Shown here: piece after piece, positions 40,070-51,897 of the stretch
Layout of the letters: each line of letters opens with the position of its first letter
Numbering within the stretch: the stretch's first letter is position 1
From: Thalia democratica
Lineage: Eukaryota
Length of the DNA: 64,000 nt
Direction: 5' to 3'
Assembly: GCA_965202585.1 (NCBI GenBank)
Contig: OZ241831.1
Coordinates: 37,014,001-37,078,000 of the forward strand
The notes under the pieces: generated by a model
What the model was told of the DNA's origin: nothing
Database searches by the model: none
What the model saw: only the letters and a program-made list of their open reading frames with translations
Translations under genes and position numbers: made by a program

Positions 40070-40442
40070 ATGAAGGTACGAATTTTCACTAAGAAACTTT
40101 TGCACAAAAACACTGATGCACAAAATTTTTTTTTAAGTTTATAATTTTTTTTACCACTATTACCCGTAACCCTTACCCTTGGTCAGTTAAGTTTATTTCA
40201 TTTTTTTACTCTTGTGCAAAATCATTACTTCAGCAAAATTAAACTTTTGTGCAGAATAACCTGTGGTTCAAAATTGACCCATCATCCAAAAATGTTCCTT
40301 TCTGCAAAGTTGTCTTCTTTTAAAAGTGACCGTTCGTGCAAAAGTTACTTTTTGCGCAAAGTTATCTTGGTTCAAAAGTGACCCGTAGTGCTAAAGTTAC
40401 TCTTCGTAAATAAGTGTCTTTATACGAAACTAACCTGCCTTC
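40070..40442. mobile_element. Degenerate small element with GTGCAAAAGTGAC-type subrepeats (related to 51493-53890)
   Basis: TTTTGCAC motifs on the left, GTGCAAAA/CAAAAGTGACC motifs on the right, and a TAACCCTTACCC spacer. Confidence 0.5.
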
Positions 40443-40782
40443 CTTAAATATATGTAAAAATTAGATTATAATACATGAAAACATTTGTTTTAACACAATT
40501 TATCAGTTAAATAAGACTCAAACTATTTTAGTATAATCAGGATTTTTGTACATTGTTACTTGTTATGTTTAAATAGTTCAAAAGTGACCCGTAGTGCTAA
40601 AGTTACTCTTCGTAAATAAGTGTCTTTATACGAAACTAACCTGCCTTCCTTAAATATATGTAAAAAATTAGATTATAATACGTGAAAACATTTGTTTTAA
40701 CACAATTTATCAGTTAAATAAGACTCAAACTATTTTAGTATAATCAGGATTTTTGTACATTGTTACTTGTTATGTTTAAATA
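40370..40782. repeat. Near-perfect 206-207 bp direct tandem duplication
   Basis: GTTCAAAAGTGACCCGTAGTGC...GTTATGTTTAAATA occurs at 40370 and again at 40576. Confidence 0.95.
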
Positions 40783-40919
40783 AAAATAAACGTAGAAATT
40801 TTAGCAAAGAAAGCAATCTGAACATGTACATTAATAAAAACTGCATAAATTAAGCTATAGCTAATGCCTAATATTGATATAATTATAAAAAGCCATAATA
40901 CAAAACACAAAGATAAAAA

Positions 40920-41340
40920 GCTATATAAATATTGTAATACCAACTTAAAGGTGTAAACTGCATTTCATAACATATAAAAATATTGTTATGTTATGCTATT
41001 ATATTATATAAGATAATATACAAAGCATTAGTCAACACAAAATGAAACCAAAACATATACATAACAAACTTCTAGCCAAATAATAAAGACACTTCATCAC
41101 ATAACATAACAATCAAATGCAAACCTGAAAGTAAGAAGTAAAATTAATATGTCAATTCAACAGAACTTTCAAAGTTAATAGACACACAAAAGCTAGAGGC
41201 ATCAGACTATAAAAATTGAAAGTTTCTTAAAGATTAAACAGGCCTAAACCATGCAGGCTTTGCTTAAATGAAGCAAGTCTGATATTACAAGCAAATACTT
41301 ACTATATGAAAAATCAGAACTCATTAGAAGGAATTTCTGT
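40920..41340 (+). mobile_element. Degenerate PLE GIY-YIG remnant, duplicated with the segment (second copy about 45340-45730)
   Basis: Shared CATTAGTCAACACAAAA and AAACCTGAAAGTAA blocks. The 45340 copy gives degenerate PLKGENCKQ..VY fragments. Confidence 0.5.
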
Positions 41341-42255
41341 TGATTAATTAAAAAAAAAGCTAACAAAATGGATGTCTTTTACGGATGTTCTTGCTTAACA
41401 TAACTCTAGCTACTTAGTTAAAAACAAATTCTTTAACATATCAATTAAAAGCTAAATTATCAAGTATAAGCTTAAAAGTTTGACTTATAAAATTTTTAGA
41501 ATTATAAAATTGCATTTTTATGGGTTGAAAATTACTATTTTCATAAATTTCTGGCACTGTTTACAGTCATGAATTATAATTTTAAACTTTCTTGTTAAGC
41601 AGGTAATCACAAAAAAAAAACTTACTTCTTTTTACTTTTTTAGTTTTGAATCTTTTCAAGAAAGATTAAGAATAGTTTCTAGAATTAATTGAATATGTAC
41701 TTGTGATTTCTTAGATTAGTTTGAATATACGTCATGATTATTCTGGTTCTACCGTATTTTTATTTAGCAAAAACCATTTTAAACAAATACAAAACAACTA
41801 TGTAATTTATTAAATTTATCTAGAAAACTTTTAATAAAGATACGAAAAAAAAAGTATAAAATATAAACAAATTTAACATATGCTCAATACATAAAAAAAT
41901 GTTTTATTATATACTAAAACTTTATTGATTTAATAAATTTATAGCTTGGATCCATTTAACTCTAAATCATATGTCGAGATAACTTTTCAAACCAGTAAGC
42001 TTAACTCATTATTTAACAAACGGAAATGTGAGCTAAACAAACGAAAATAACTTATAATTTTAATTAACCATAAACGATACAATTTTAATGGTTAAACATT
42101 TTTGCTGCACTTTAAGCATTAACTCGTTGATGACTTTAAAAGTTTTTCGACAAATACAGCTTTAAAGTATCTTCTTTGCTGATTGATTTACTTTCGGCCT
42201 AAATCTCCGTTTCTTGCCACATTTGTTGACGATGCTGTTGATTGATCATTAACTT

Positions 42256-44033
42256 TTATACCAATAACTTGATGAGAAATAGAGAAGCAGTTAGAGTTGG
42301 CTGGTGTTCAACTTGAGCGGTTCGAAGTAGATCAGGTGGAAATTGAGCAGGTGGAACTTGATTGTGTTTAACATCAGGAAGTTGATTTTCAGGATGATGA
42401 AGTCGTGTAGGTGGATGTTGAGTACTTGGAAAACTAGTTGGTAAACTTTATCTAAAAATAGGACGACTTTTTGATGAGTTAACCGAAAAATCTAGAACTC
42501 CTGGTTGAAATTCAGGATGTGAAAGTGGATGTTGAGCAGGTTGTTTAGAATATGTTTGCTGTTGGTAACTTAAATCACTTTGAGTTGTTTCCCGCAGTCT
42601 TCCGCCTCCCTGTTTCCCTGGGGCGACATGTCCGGTTTTTTTGAACCTTGATGAGTTTTTACTGACTCCTCCGTCAGACACCTTGAGATTGTGGCTGATG
42701 TAAGAGGACCTCTGTTGCTATGTTGGAGGTGTTCGACTATTTTCTTTTGGGTATCGACCGGTAGAGGACGGCCGTTGTGATAAACTTCACCTAACTTGTT
42801 CACATCTCCATCGGTATTAACTAAAAAAAAGAACTTAAAGATTATCGCAGTTTATCTAATCATCTTTCATTCATAGGAGTTGTTGTTTTATATTTACAAC
42901 ATTAAATGCAATGGTTTAATAAATCTCATGGTATTCGTCTAATCTAGTTAAACTTTAAAAATGAATATTGTTATTATGTGTTAGCTTATGTATATAATTA
43001 AAAACAAGTTTCTCAGGAGATTTTTTTTCAATTTTAACAAAAATATTTTCATTAGTGGTTTAAGTCTTTACTTTGAATTTTAAATCAGTTTTAGTTTAAG
43101 TGAAACTTGCGAAAACTTTAAATATTTAAAATTTTAATAACTTGTTACTTTTTACCTTGAGAGTAATCAAACATTTTTTTGTGATTTTAATCATGAAAAC
43201 AACCGAAGCAAAGTCATACCTACTTCACAGTGCAAACTTAAATGACGTTTTTTTTTATTCTTTCAAATTAAAAATTCTGTATATCAAATTAAAATACATT
43301 TTGTTTAAGTACATTTATTTAAAGTTGAGCAATAAGCAAAAAAAAATCACAATACCTCTAAAGTTTTTGAAAAAAGTAAGGTTTATTGAACGCATAATTT
43401 AAATAACTTACTTACTATACATTAAATATTCGATAAATTAATACTTGAGTGATTTAAGTTTTAGTATGTACTAAGTAGTAAATTTAAGTTTTTAATTTAT
43501 AGAAAAGTATGTTTGTGTCTAAACATAAAAATTATTTTTTGTTCTTGCAATATAATTTAACAATATAACTGGTTGATAAAGTGGTTAAAGAGTAACCAGT
43601 CAATATCTAAAAAAATTATTTTTCTGCCTGTTTTTGATCAGTTTTGTGAGCAAGTATTAACTATTTGATAAAAATAAAAACTGAGTAGTTTTTAAATAAG
43701 TCATAACTTTTAAAACTCCTTTGTTTTATAAAATGCAAATTTCATAAGTACGTTTATCAAGTTTTTGACTTTAAAAAAGTTTATTAGCTAATGTAAACAC
43801 AAGAATTACCAAGATTTAACACATGAAAACAAATAAAATTTTTAATTCATCTTTATATTTTTATTGGGCAGAGTAGAAGAACAAACTTATTGCTTTTAAT
43901 GTATATTTTTACAGTTTCAAAAGAAATAAAATAAATCTACCTACTTCTATTATTAAAAAAAAATATTTATTAAATAATTATATATAGATGTATAACAATT
44001 TTTACCTTTCGATGCTTCATTCCCTGAACTCAT
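42256..44033 (-). pseudogene. Pax paralog (array copy 3): N-terminal (PAI) half of the paired domain fused to the Q-rich tail; frameshift and nonsense codon
   Basis: Exon 44006-44033 (MSSGNEASK) and acceptor at 42820. Reads VNKLGEVYHNGRPLPVDTQKKIVE, then a 2-nt (AG) insertion near 42710, then ISHNLKVSDGGVSKNSSRFKKTGHVAPGKQGGG joined directly to YQQQ...QPGVLDFS. TAA at 42448-42450 lies inside sequence homologous to copy 2 (TQHPPT..HPENQ..DVKHN). Confidence 0.85.
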
Positions 44034-46616
44034 TTTTTGCGTTTGATTTATTTAATCTACACATAACTTAAAACAGTTTATACAGCATATGTTTCTAATT
44101 TGTGTTTGACTAGATTGCTAACATTTGATGTTCAACATCAAATTTGAAAGATGATGAAACAAATCATTTCATCGAGCGTTTCGAAACAATTAGTTAAGTT
44201 TGTTAATAGCACCTCTTTAATTCAAACTACTGATGATTTCAAATTCAAAAAATTGTAATTTTAATTACTTTTTATGACAAGCAGTTTTTGCATTTGACTA
44301 ATTTTAAGTGTTGCAAAAAATCATAATTTTTATTTATATTGCTTTCAAAAAGGTATGAAAAAAGCTTTTTAGTGTAATAGAAACTAGTTTTTCTTCTATC
44401 AATATGCTTTAAACATTTAATTTATAAAAAAGAACACTTTTTTAACGAAATTTTTTTTTTTGGTTAACTAAACCAATTAATTGTTTATTGAAAGCTTATG
44501 ACGAAAAATGATTTAAAACGAAATTTGTTCTAATTTGAAATCGTAATTAACGCCTTAAATTTGAAATTTAGAGTTTATTTATTCTATATATACATTAAAA
44601 AGTTACATTTTCATTTTAATTGAATATCAAAATTATGTTTCATGTTTATTCAGAAAGTTTATCGACTATTTAATAAACATACTATGATATAGTTTACAAA
44701 CTTTTACAGTATCAAACTTCTACAAAAATTTCTTCGATGGAGTTTGATAACTGTCGTTTTAAAGTAGTTCAATATAAAAATTACACTGCTTTAGATATAT
44801 ATATATATAATGTTATTAAACGAATATGAGCTACCTAAATACTTTCAAATTAGTTAAAAATGCCTGGGGTTTTTATCTTATCTAACTGCTTGTTATTAAT
44901 GTAACAAACATTTCACACTAAATCTTCCATAAAGTTCTCTTGTTTTCTTTTCTTTTTCCGTTTTTTCTAAGATTCAATTTCCAGTTCTCTTGATATAAGC
45001 TTAAAAAACGGAGTTGGCTGCGTACTACTATTTTAAAATATTTTTGAATAGTCTACTGGACCCCTATCGGAAAAAATTATCTTGCTCCCGCAAGGTCCTT
45101 ATACTGTAGTATAAAGTAAACTACTAAAACTTAAATAAAATTTAAAAGTAAAAGTTTTAATTAAGTGGAATTTTGAAATTTACGCTGGATACTACGAGAA
45201 AAATTTTAAAGTTATATTAGCAATTATAAAAAATGTTTGACCCTTAATCTAAACAAGTACATCAACAGAAACAGCTTACAAATAAGCTATATAAATATGC
45301 CTTCTAATGAGATTATTAAAAAATACCATCACAGAAAACACCAGACGAATAATAAATACCCACTTAAAGGAGAAAACTGCAAACAGTTAAAATAGTATAC
45401 AATCATTAGTCAACACAAAAAATAAAACCGAAACATATATGACTAACTTTAAACCAAATTAACAAGAAACTTCCATTGCACAACACAACAATCAATAACA
45501 AACCTGAAAGTAAACTACAACTATTACGTCAATGCAACACATCTATCAAAATCAATATACACTAAAACTAGAATCAGATTAAACTCTAAGTTGAAGAATT
45601 CTTGAAGTTTTAATATTCCTTAACCATACAGACTTTGTTTATAAGAAGCACATCTAACACTACAAGTAAGCACTTACTGTAATAAAAATCAGCTTTCATA
45701 TGAAATTATGGACATAAGAATAAATTTATGTGGATGAAATGAAAACAAAGAAATAGCTAATTATATGGATATCTTTAACAGATGTTGAAGTGATGTGATA
45801 ACAGGAGATTACTACTTATATAAAAATTAATCTGTAGTGTAACAATTGATAACTTAATTAATTTAAATTCTTAGTTTATTATAATTGTAAGCTTTTCGGA
45901 TTGAAATGACTACTTTCTTAAATGAATGTAATTTTTGGCACGTCATAGTCTTGACTATACTTTTTTTTAAACTTTCTAGTAAGGTCTTTTAACAACAAAC
46001 CAGGATAAACAAATTAACAACTAGATAAACTTTTTTTAGTTAAGCAACAAAAATTGAATTTAGTTTCGAGTCAACTAAATATTTCTTATTTGTTAAATTC
46101 GGTTTTAATTTACGTCGTAATTATTTAGGTTCTACCGTATCATTACTTTAGCAAAATCATTTTGTATAAATGCAAAACAACAATGTAATTTATTTAATTT
46201 ATTTAGAAAACTGTTTATAAAGATAAGAAGATAAAGCAGTACATAACTTAAACAAATTTAACATATGCTCAATACGTATAAAAATGTTGGGCTTTTTTAT
46301 TACTAGTTTAATAAAAAATTAAGGTTATATCTTATACTAAATTAATTTTTAATGGTATGTTGGGATAACGTTTCAAACTAGTAAACTTAAATCAAAATAG
46401 AACAAACAGAAATGTGAGACAAACGAACGAAAACAATTTATAATTGAAATTAACTTTATACGACACTGTTTTTATGGTTGAACTTTTAAGCTTCACTTTA
46501 ACCATTACCTAGTTGATGATTTTGAAATAAATTCGACCAATTGAGCTTTATTGTTTCCTTTTTGCTGCTTCATTTTCGGTGTGGATCTTTGCCACATTTG
46601 CTGAAGATGGTGATGA

Positions 46617-49600
46617 TTAATCTATAACATTTATATCAGAACTAGACGAATGAGTTTGATTTGGCTTATGTATAACATGAGCAGGTGGAGTTTGAGCAGG
46701 AGAAACATGACCAGGTAGAACTTGAGCAGGTAGAGCTGGATTATGTTTAACATCAAGAGTTTGATTTTCAGGATGTTGAACCAGAGTAGGTGGATGTTGA
46801 GTATGTGGAAAATTAATAGATGAGCTTTGTATAAAATTAGGACGACTTCTTGATGACTTAGCAGATAAATCTAGTACTCCTGGTTGAATATCATGATATG
46901 GAGGTGGAAATTGAGCAAATTGATGTTGAGAAGATCTATGTTGAGCAGGTTGACATTGAAATTGAGCAGGTCGACGTTGAGCAAATTGATGCTGAGCAGA
47001 TCTATGTTGAACATGTTGAAATTGAGCAGGTCGACGTTGATCAAATTGATGTTTAGCAGATTGAAATTGAGCAGTTTGAAATGGAGCAGTTTGAAATGGA
47101 GCATTTTGAAATGGAGCAGTTTGAAATGGAGCATTTTGAAATGGAGCAGTTTGAAATGGAGCAGTTTGAAATGGAGCATTTTGAAAATGAGCAGATTGAA
47201 GTAGAGCAGATTGAAGTTGAGCAGAAAGATGTTTAGCAGGTTGAAATGGAGCATTTTGAAATTGAGCAGATTGAAGTTGAGCAGATTGAAGTTGAGCAGA
47301 TTGAAGTAGATAAGGTGGAAGTAGAGTAAGTAAGGTTTGTTGTTGGCAGTTTGAAGCATACTGTAGCATTTGTAGAAGTTGAGTGTAGTTGCTTGGTGGC
47401 ACAAGAGGATTTTGATTGTAATTTTGAAACAACTGAGGATTGTGAAGAGCTGGTAACTGATTTGAAGTAGATGGAGGTTGTTGTGTTGTCATCAACTGTA
47501 ATGTTCAAAAATAAAAATTACAAAGATTTTACTAGAGTTAAACCGTTACAATAAACAAATTTCTGTTAAATTTAAAATTTTAATTTAGAGTAAGTGAAAA
47601 AATACAGAGTAATGATTAATTTAGATAAAATCATTCTTATACTATTTTTTTAAAGATTTTACCTTTTAAAAAGTTTAGAAAAACGCTTTTTTTTTATTGA
47701 TATATTTATTTACTTAAAACTATTTTTGTCACCTTGATACTATAAAAATTTCATAGAAAAAAACAAAAAAAGTTTATTCAAATTGAAAATTTTAATAGAT
47801 TTCTTTACAACTCATTAGAAACCTAATAAGTGGATAACGTTTGGAAATCTGAAAATAACTATTTCATCTAACATTTTAATAGTTATGACTATATATTTTA
47901 TTTTTCATTTAAAATAAGTAAAACTGAGTTCTATTTATACTCGTTTTTCAATCACGATTTAAAACTAGTAAACTGTTTTGCTAGATGATTGTAGTAATAT
48001 TACAAGTAAATTAATTATTCAGACGTGCACTTTAGCTTATAGAAACAGTATTAACTTGCGACCCATAAAACCTTGTTTTCAGTAGATCCTCTCTATTTCG
48101 AGAAACGTTTGTGTTGTTCGGTTGCTGATTGTAACTGGTTGTTGGTCTGCTATAACCTAGGTAATTGAAGTTAATTTTTACTGTCTAAAATTCTGATAGT
48201 AACAGATTGTTACTTTTTCAGAAAAGTTTTTCAGAATACGTAGTTTAGACATAATACAACAGCATAAACAAATCTTATTGAATTGTAATTGTTTACAGTA
48301 AAAAAAATTTAAGTAAAAATAAATACATATTTTATTAAGTTTTTGAAAAATATTAAATAAAATACGTTTAAATATTTTACACTAACATTTTTTAAATATT
48401 TTAACATAATAACAATTAATAACTAAATTTTATAGAATGTGAACTCAACTACTTTTCTAAAAATATAGAATTTCTATTTATCATGTATACTTTATATTAC
48501 ATAATTTTAAGTAAATAGAATAAAACTTAAAATCCTGTATTAATAGTATAGTATGTTTAAGTTCATATTTTAAAACTGAATTGATATTTTTTCGAAAGGT
48601 AGCTAAAATGTTTCAGCTAAAACTAGTTTTTAAATTTTCATAAATAAAATAACAGTTAAAAACTTGCAAAATAATATATTTTTAATTTGTTCTATTTTAA
48701 TTTAAACAGTAGTTTTACTTAAGTAAATATAGAAAGACCTGAAGTTGTCCTAGTAGGTGAAATATTATGATCGGAGGTGGGAACCATTTGACCTGACTTC
48801 TGAGAAGATTTAATTTTTAATAAACCAGTCGAACTGACGTCATTCTCGTTCCGTTTATTATGTGCTAAACCTCTTGAAATTACCCGGTCTGGTCTTTGAT
48901 GGAAAGAAGGAGTCATGCTGTTTAACTCGGCAAAACTGTCAGGGTCACTTACTAGAGAACTATTTCTGTTTTTAAAGTGTTTGTTCACAGAATAATCAGT
49001 TTTCAACTCGTTGCCTGCTTTTACACGCAATAAATTGTCATTAGAATTTATAAATGGGACATTGTCATAAGCACCTTTACCAACCAACTGTTCCTTGTCC
49101 TTCTTAACTATTCCTTCTTTTATCTTCTGCATGACGCTTTGGTTCAAAACTCTCGGTTTGCTCTTTCCCACCTTCCCTGCAAGGATACCTCCGGTCTTTT
49201 TGTGTTTAGACAAGTAATTATCAGTGGTACCGCTGGATACATCGAGAGTTTTTCTGTTTTCAACCTCCGTCTTGCCTAGTTTGTTAAGCTCAACTGTCAT
49301 ATTTTGAGTTACTTCTGGTATTTTACGGCCCTTGTTAGAATCTCCACCAAGTTTTTTCACTTCTTTATCGGATTCAACTAAAATACCATATTTAGGTTAT
49401 TACAGTTTATCAAATAATCATTTCGGTCATACAGGTGATTGTTAAGTTAGATTCAAAAGTTAGTGTAACAATTGAATTAATGGTTTTCATTTAAAAAATA
49501 ACTAATAAGAAAAACTCGTAAATAAAAATATAAATTGTAGAAAATGCTGTTATGCTAATAACTTATGTAATTATCTATGAACAATTTTATAGACAGAAAT

Positions 49601-50558
49601 TTTCAACTTAATTATTATTCAATGGTATCTGGAGTCTTTCTGTATTTTTTATTTTTAATAATTGTGCTGTCAGCTGCATAAATTTAAAATACAAGAGCTT
49701 TTTACTACTTGATTCTTTTAACCTTTAGAATAATCAAAATTTCTTTTATGACTTTTATAATGATAACAAACGAAGAATATCCCTACCTACGTCATAGTTT
49801 GAACCTTATTGATTGACGTTTTATTTCATTCTTTAACATTTGAAATTGATACCTTAATACTAGTACATTGGTAAAAAGTTTGGCAATAGTCATAAGTAAA
49901 CATTTTCACAATGGTCTTTAAGGTTTTTAAAAAAGTAAGTTTTTTAAAAGCATAAATTAAAACCTCAATATTTATTATACATATTAAGCATTAAAGTGTT
50001 TTGTACTTAAAAGGAACTAAGTATTACTCTGTAATAACTAGCATGTTAAAAACTTTTTATTTAGAGAAACATTTGTTTGTGTCTAAATATTAAAAATAAA
50101 CTGTTCTCTTTTTACAAAATGATTCAACAATAAACTTGAATGATAAAGTTGTTGAAGAACAAACAGTCAAAATTTTAGAACCAATTTTCTGCAAGTTTCG
50201 GATCAATTTTGTGAGCAAGCATGAAATATTTGAGAAAAATAAAAACTGATAAAATTTTGGTTACAGTTAATTGTTTTTAAACTCATTGTTTTGCAAAGTA
50301 GCAATTTTAAACTTAATTCTTTCAAGTTAGTGACTACTTACTTCAAAAAATTTAATTAGCTAATGTAAACTTGAGAATTACTAAGGCTTAAAAAATGATA
50401 ATAACTAATTTTTTCTAATTTATCTTAATTTTTCTACATAGAAGATTAAAACATTAATTTTTCGCTTTTATTGTATAATTTTTAGTGCACAAAAAAATCA
50501 AAACGAAGCTACTTAATTCTAGTCTAATAAAAGAAATTTTTAAATTTATCAAGTTATT

Positions 50559-50592
<34 letters not shown>

Positions 50593-50627
50593 GTTTTACC
50601 TTTTGATGCTTCGTTCCCTGAACTCAT
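46617..50627 (-). CDS. Pax paralog (array copy 2): strongly diverged paired-like domain and Q-rich pentapeptide-repeat tail; about 548 aa if the 48739 donor is used
   Basis: Exons complement(50600-50627, 48739-49377, 48056-48156, 46617-47495) with the same phases as copy 1. VKKLGGDSNKGRKIP...VSSGTTDNYLSKHKKTGGILAGKVGKSKPR aligns to the paired domain. RNSSLVSD, the YS.P.TSYNQQ.NNT exon and PGVLDLS are shared with copy 1. The 48739 donor (GTCTTT) is weak; otherwise the frame stops at 48719. Confidence 0.72.
46900..47310 (-). repeat. Coding 15-bp tandem repeat (Q-[TNS]-A-[PQ]-[FL] pentapeptides)
   Basis: GAAATGGAGCAGTTT-type units. The minus frame reads QSAQL/QNAPF/QTAPF/RPAQF arrays. Confidence 0.92.
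50566..50592. repeat. (TA)n microsatellite at the start of intron 1 of Pax copy 2
   Basis: Directly visible TA run next to the donor at 50599. Confidence 0.9.
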
Positions 50628-51860
50628 TTTTTCATTTAAAAGTGTTAATTCTATATGATTTACAACAATTTATATAGCATAGCTTTCGAACTTGTGTTTG
50701 AATAGATTGTTAACATTTAATATTCAAAATTAAATTAAAAAAGTAGAACAAATCATTTTATTAAGTTTTCTGAAACAACTAGTTAAGTTCGTTAATAGTA
50801 TTTCTTTAATTCAAACCACTGATTAAAGCTTTAAAAATTAATTGTAATTTCAGTTTCTTTTTATGACAATCATTTTTTTTTGCAGTTAGTTAATATTAAA
50901 TGGTGGAAAAAACCATAACTTTTATTTTATATTGCTTTTAAAGCAGTTTTGAAAAAAATTTTTTACTAAAATTTTTACTTTATAAAAAAAAAGTTTATAC
51001 TGAAAATTATCTTATCTTTTATAAACAAATTAGTTTTTATTTTAACGCATAAAACTGAATAATCTAAAACGAAAATTGTTTAAATTCAGATAGTAATTAA
51101 AGCCTTACAATAAGAATTTAATTTTTTATTTTGAATATTAAGAATTTACATCTTCATTTGAGATAAATAAAAATAGTTTTAATTTAAGCCTTTTTATGTT
51201 ATTCAGATTTTTAAATAAAGTACAAAGCAACATTAAAATTAAACTACGGTTATACTTATCATAACTATAAGACACTAACTTTACTGACTTTTTATTCGAA
51301 TAAAGATGTACTGGACATATTATGTTTTTTTTACAGGTTAAATAAATAGTTACTATAAGTGATTAAAAAAACAAACTTAGTGCTTTTATTACATACTTTT
51401 CAATGCTAGCAAACATTCAGAATAATGTTACGTATTTTTAGTCTAAAAACAAAATAAAATGTATTTATTAAGTTATAACATATATGCTTTCTGGAAACGG
51501 GTCACTTTTGCACGGCGTCACTTTTGCTCGGTGACATTTTTACACGTCAAAACTTTTTCACGACGTTAGATTTGCATGGCGACATTTTTGTAAAGCGTCA
51601 CTTTTGCACTGCGTTATATTTTCACGGATAAACTTATGAACTGTATAAATTTTTAAATAATCAGTAAATTTTGAACGGAACCTCACTTTTGCACGCTTCT
51701 AATTTGTATTTTCTCATGTTGAAATTAAATTATTTTTTTGTCAATTTAAATAATATTCACTTTTAAACAAAAGTTATTTTGAATGAATAAAATTTGGTAG
51801 TTTTTTAATGAAATTTTAAAATAAAGTTTTTATAAATTTATTCTTTAAAGAATTAAATTT

Positions 51861-51897
51861 ACAAACTCAGTTTCGGTCAAAGACCACGTAAGTGCTC
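51861..51897 (-). ncRNA. Degenerate copy of the second hammerhead family (core destroyed)
   Basis: Minus strand reads AGCA-CUUACGU-GGUCUUUGACC-GAAAC-UGA-GUU-UGU. Stem II and GAAAC match 28451-28479, but the CUGANGA core is mutated. Confidence 0.55.

Larger units (their letters stand above)
39260..51300. repeat. Tandem segmental duplication carrying Pax copies 3 and 2
   Basis: Collinear similarity: 39260-42450 with 44860-46900, and 42830-44600 with 49380-51150. Shared blocks include GGTTCTACCGTAT, ATATGCTCAATAC, TTTTGTGAGCAAG and AGCTAATGTAAAC. Confidence 0.85.

Noticed and set aside
46871-47508. ORFs 46871-47404 (-), 46884-47204 (+) and 47233-47508 (-)
   Set aside because: Open only because of the 15-bp repeat or low-complexity composition. 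Only the Q-rich frame shares motifs with the other Pax copies.
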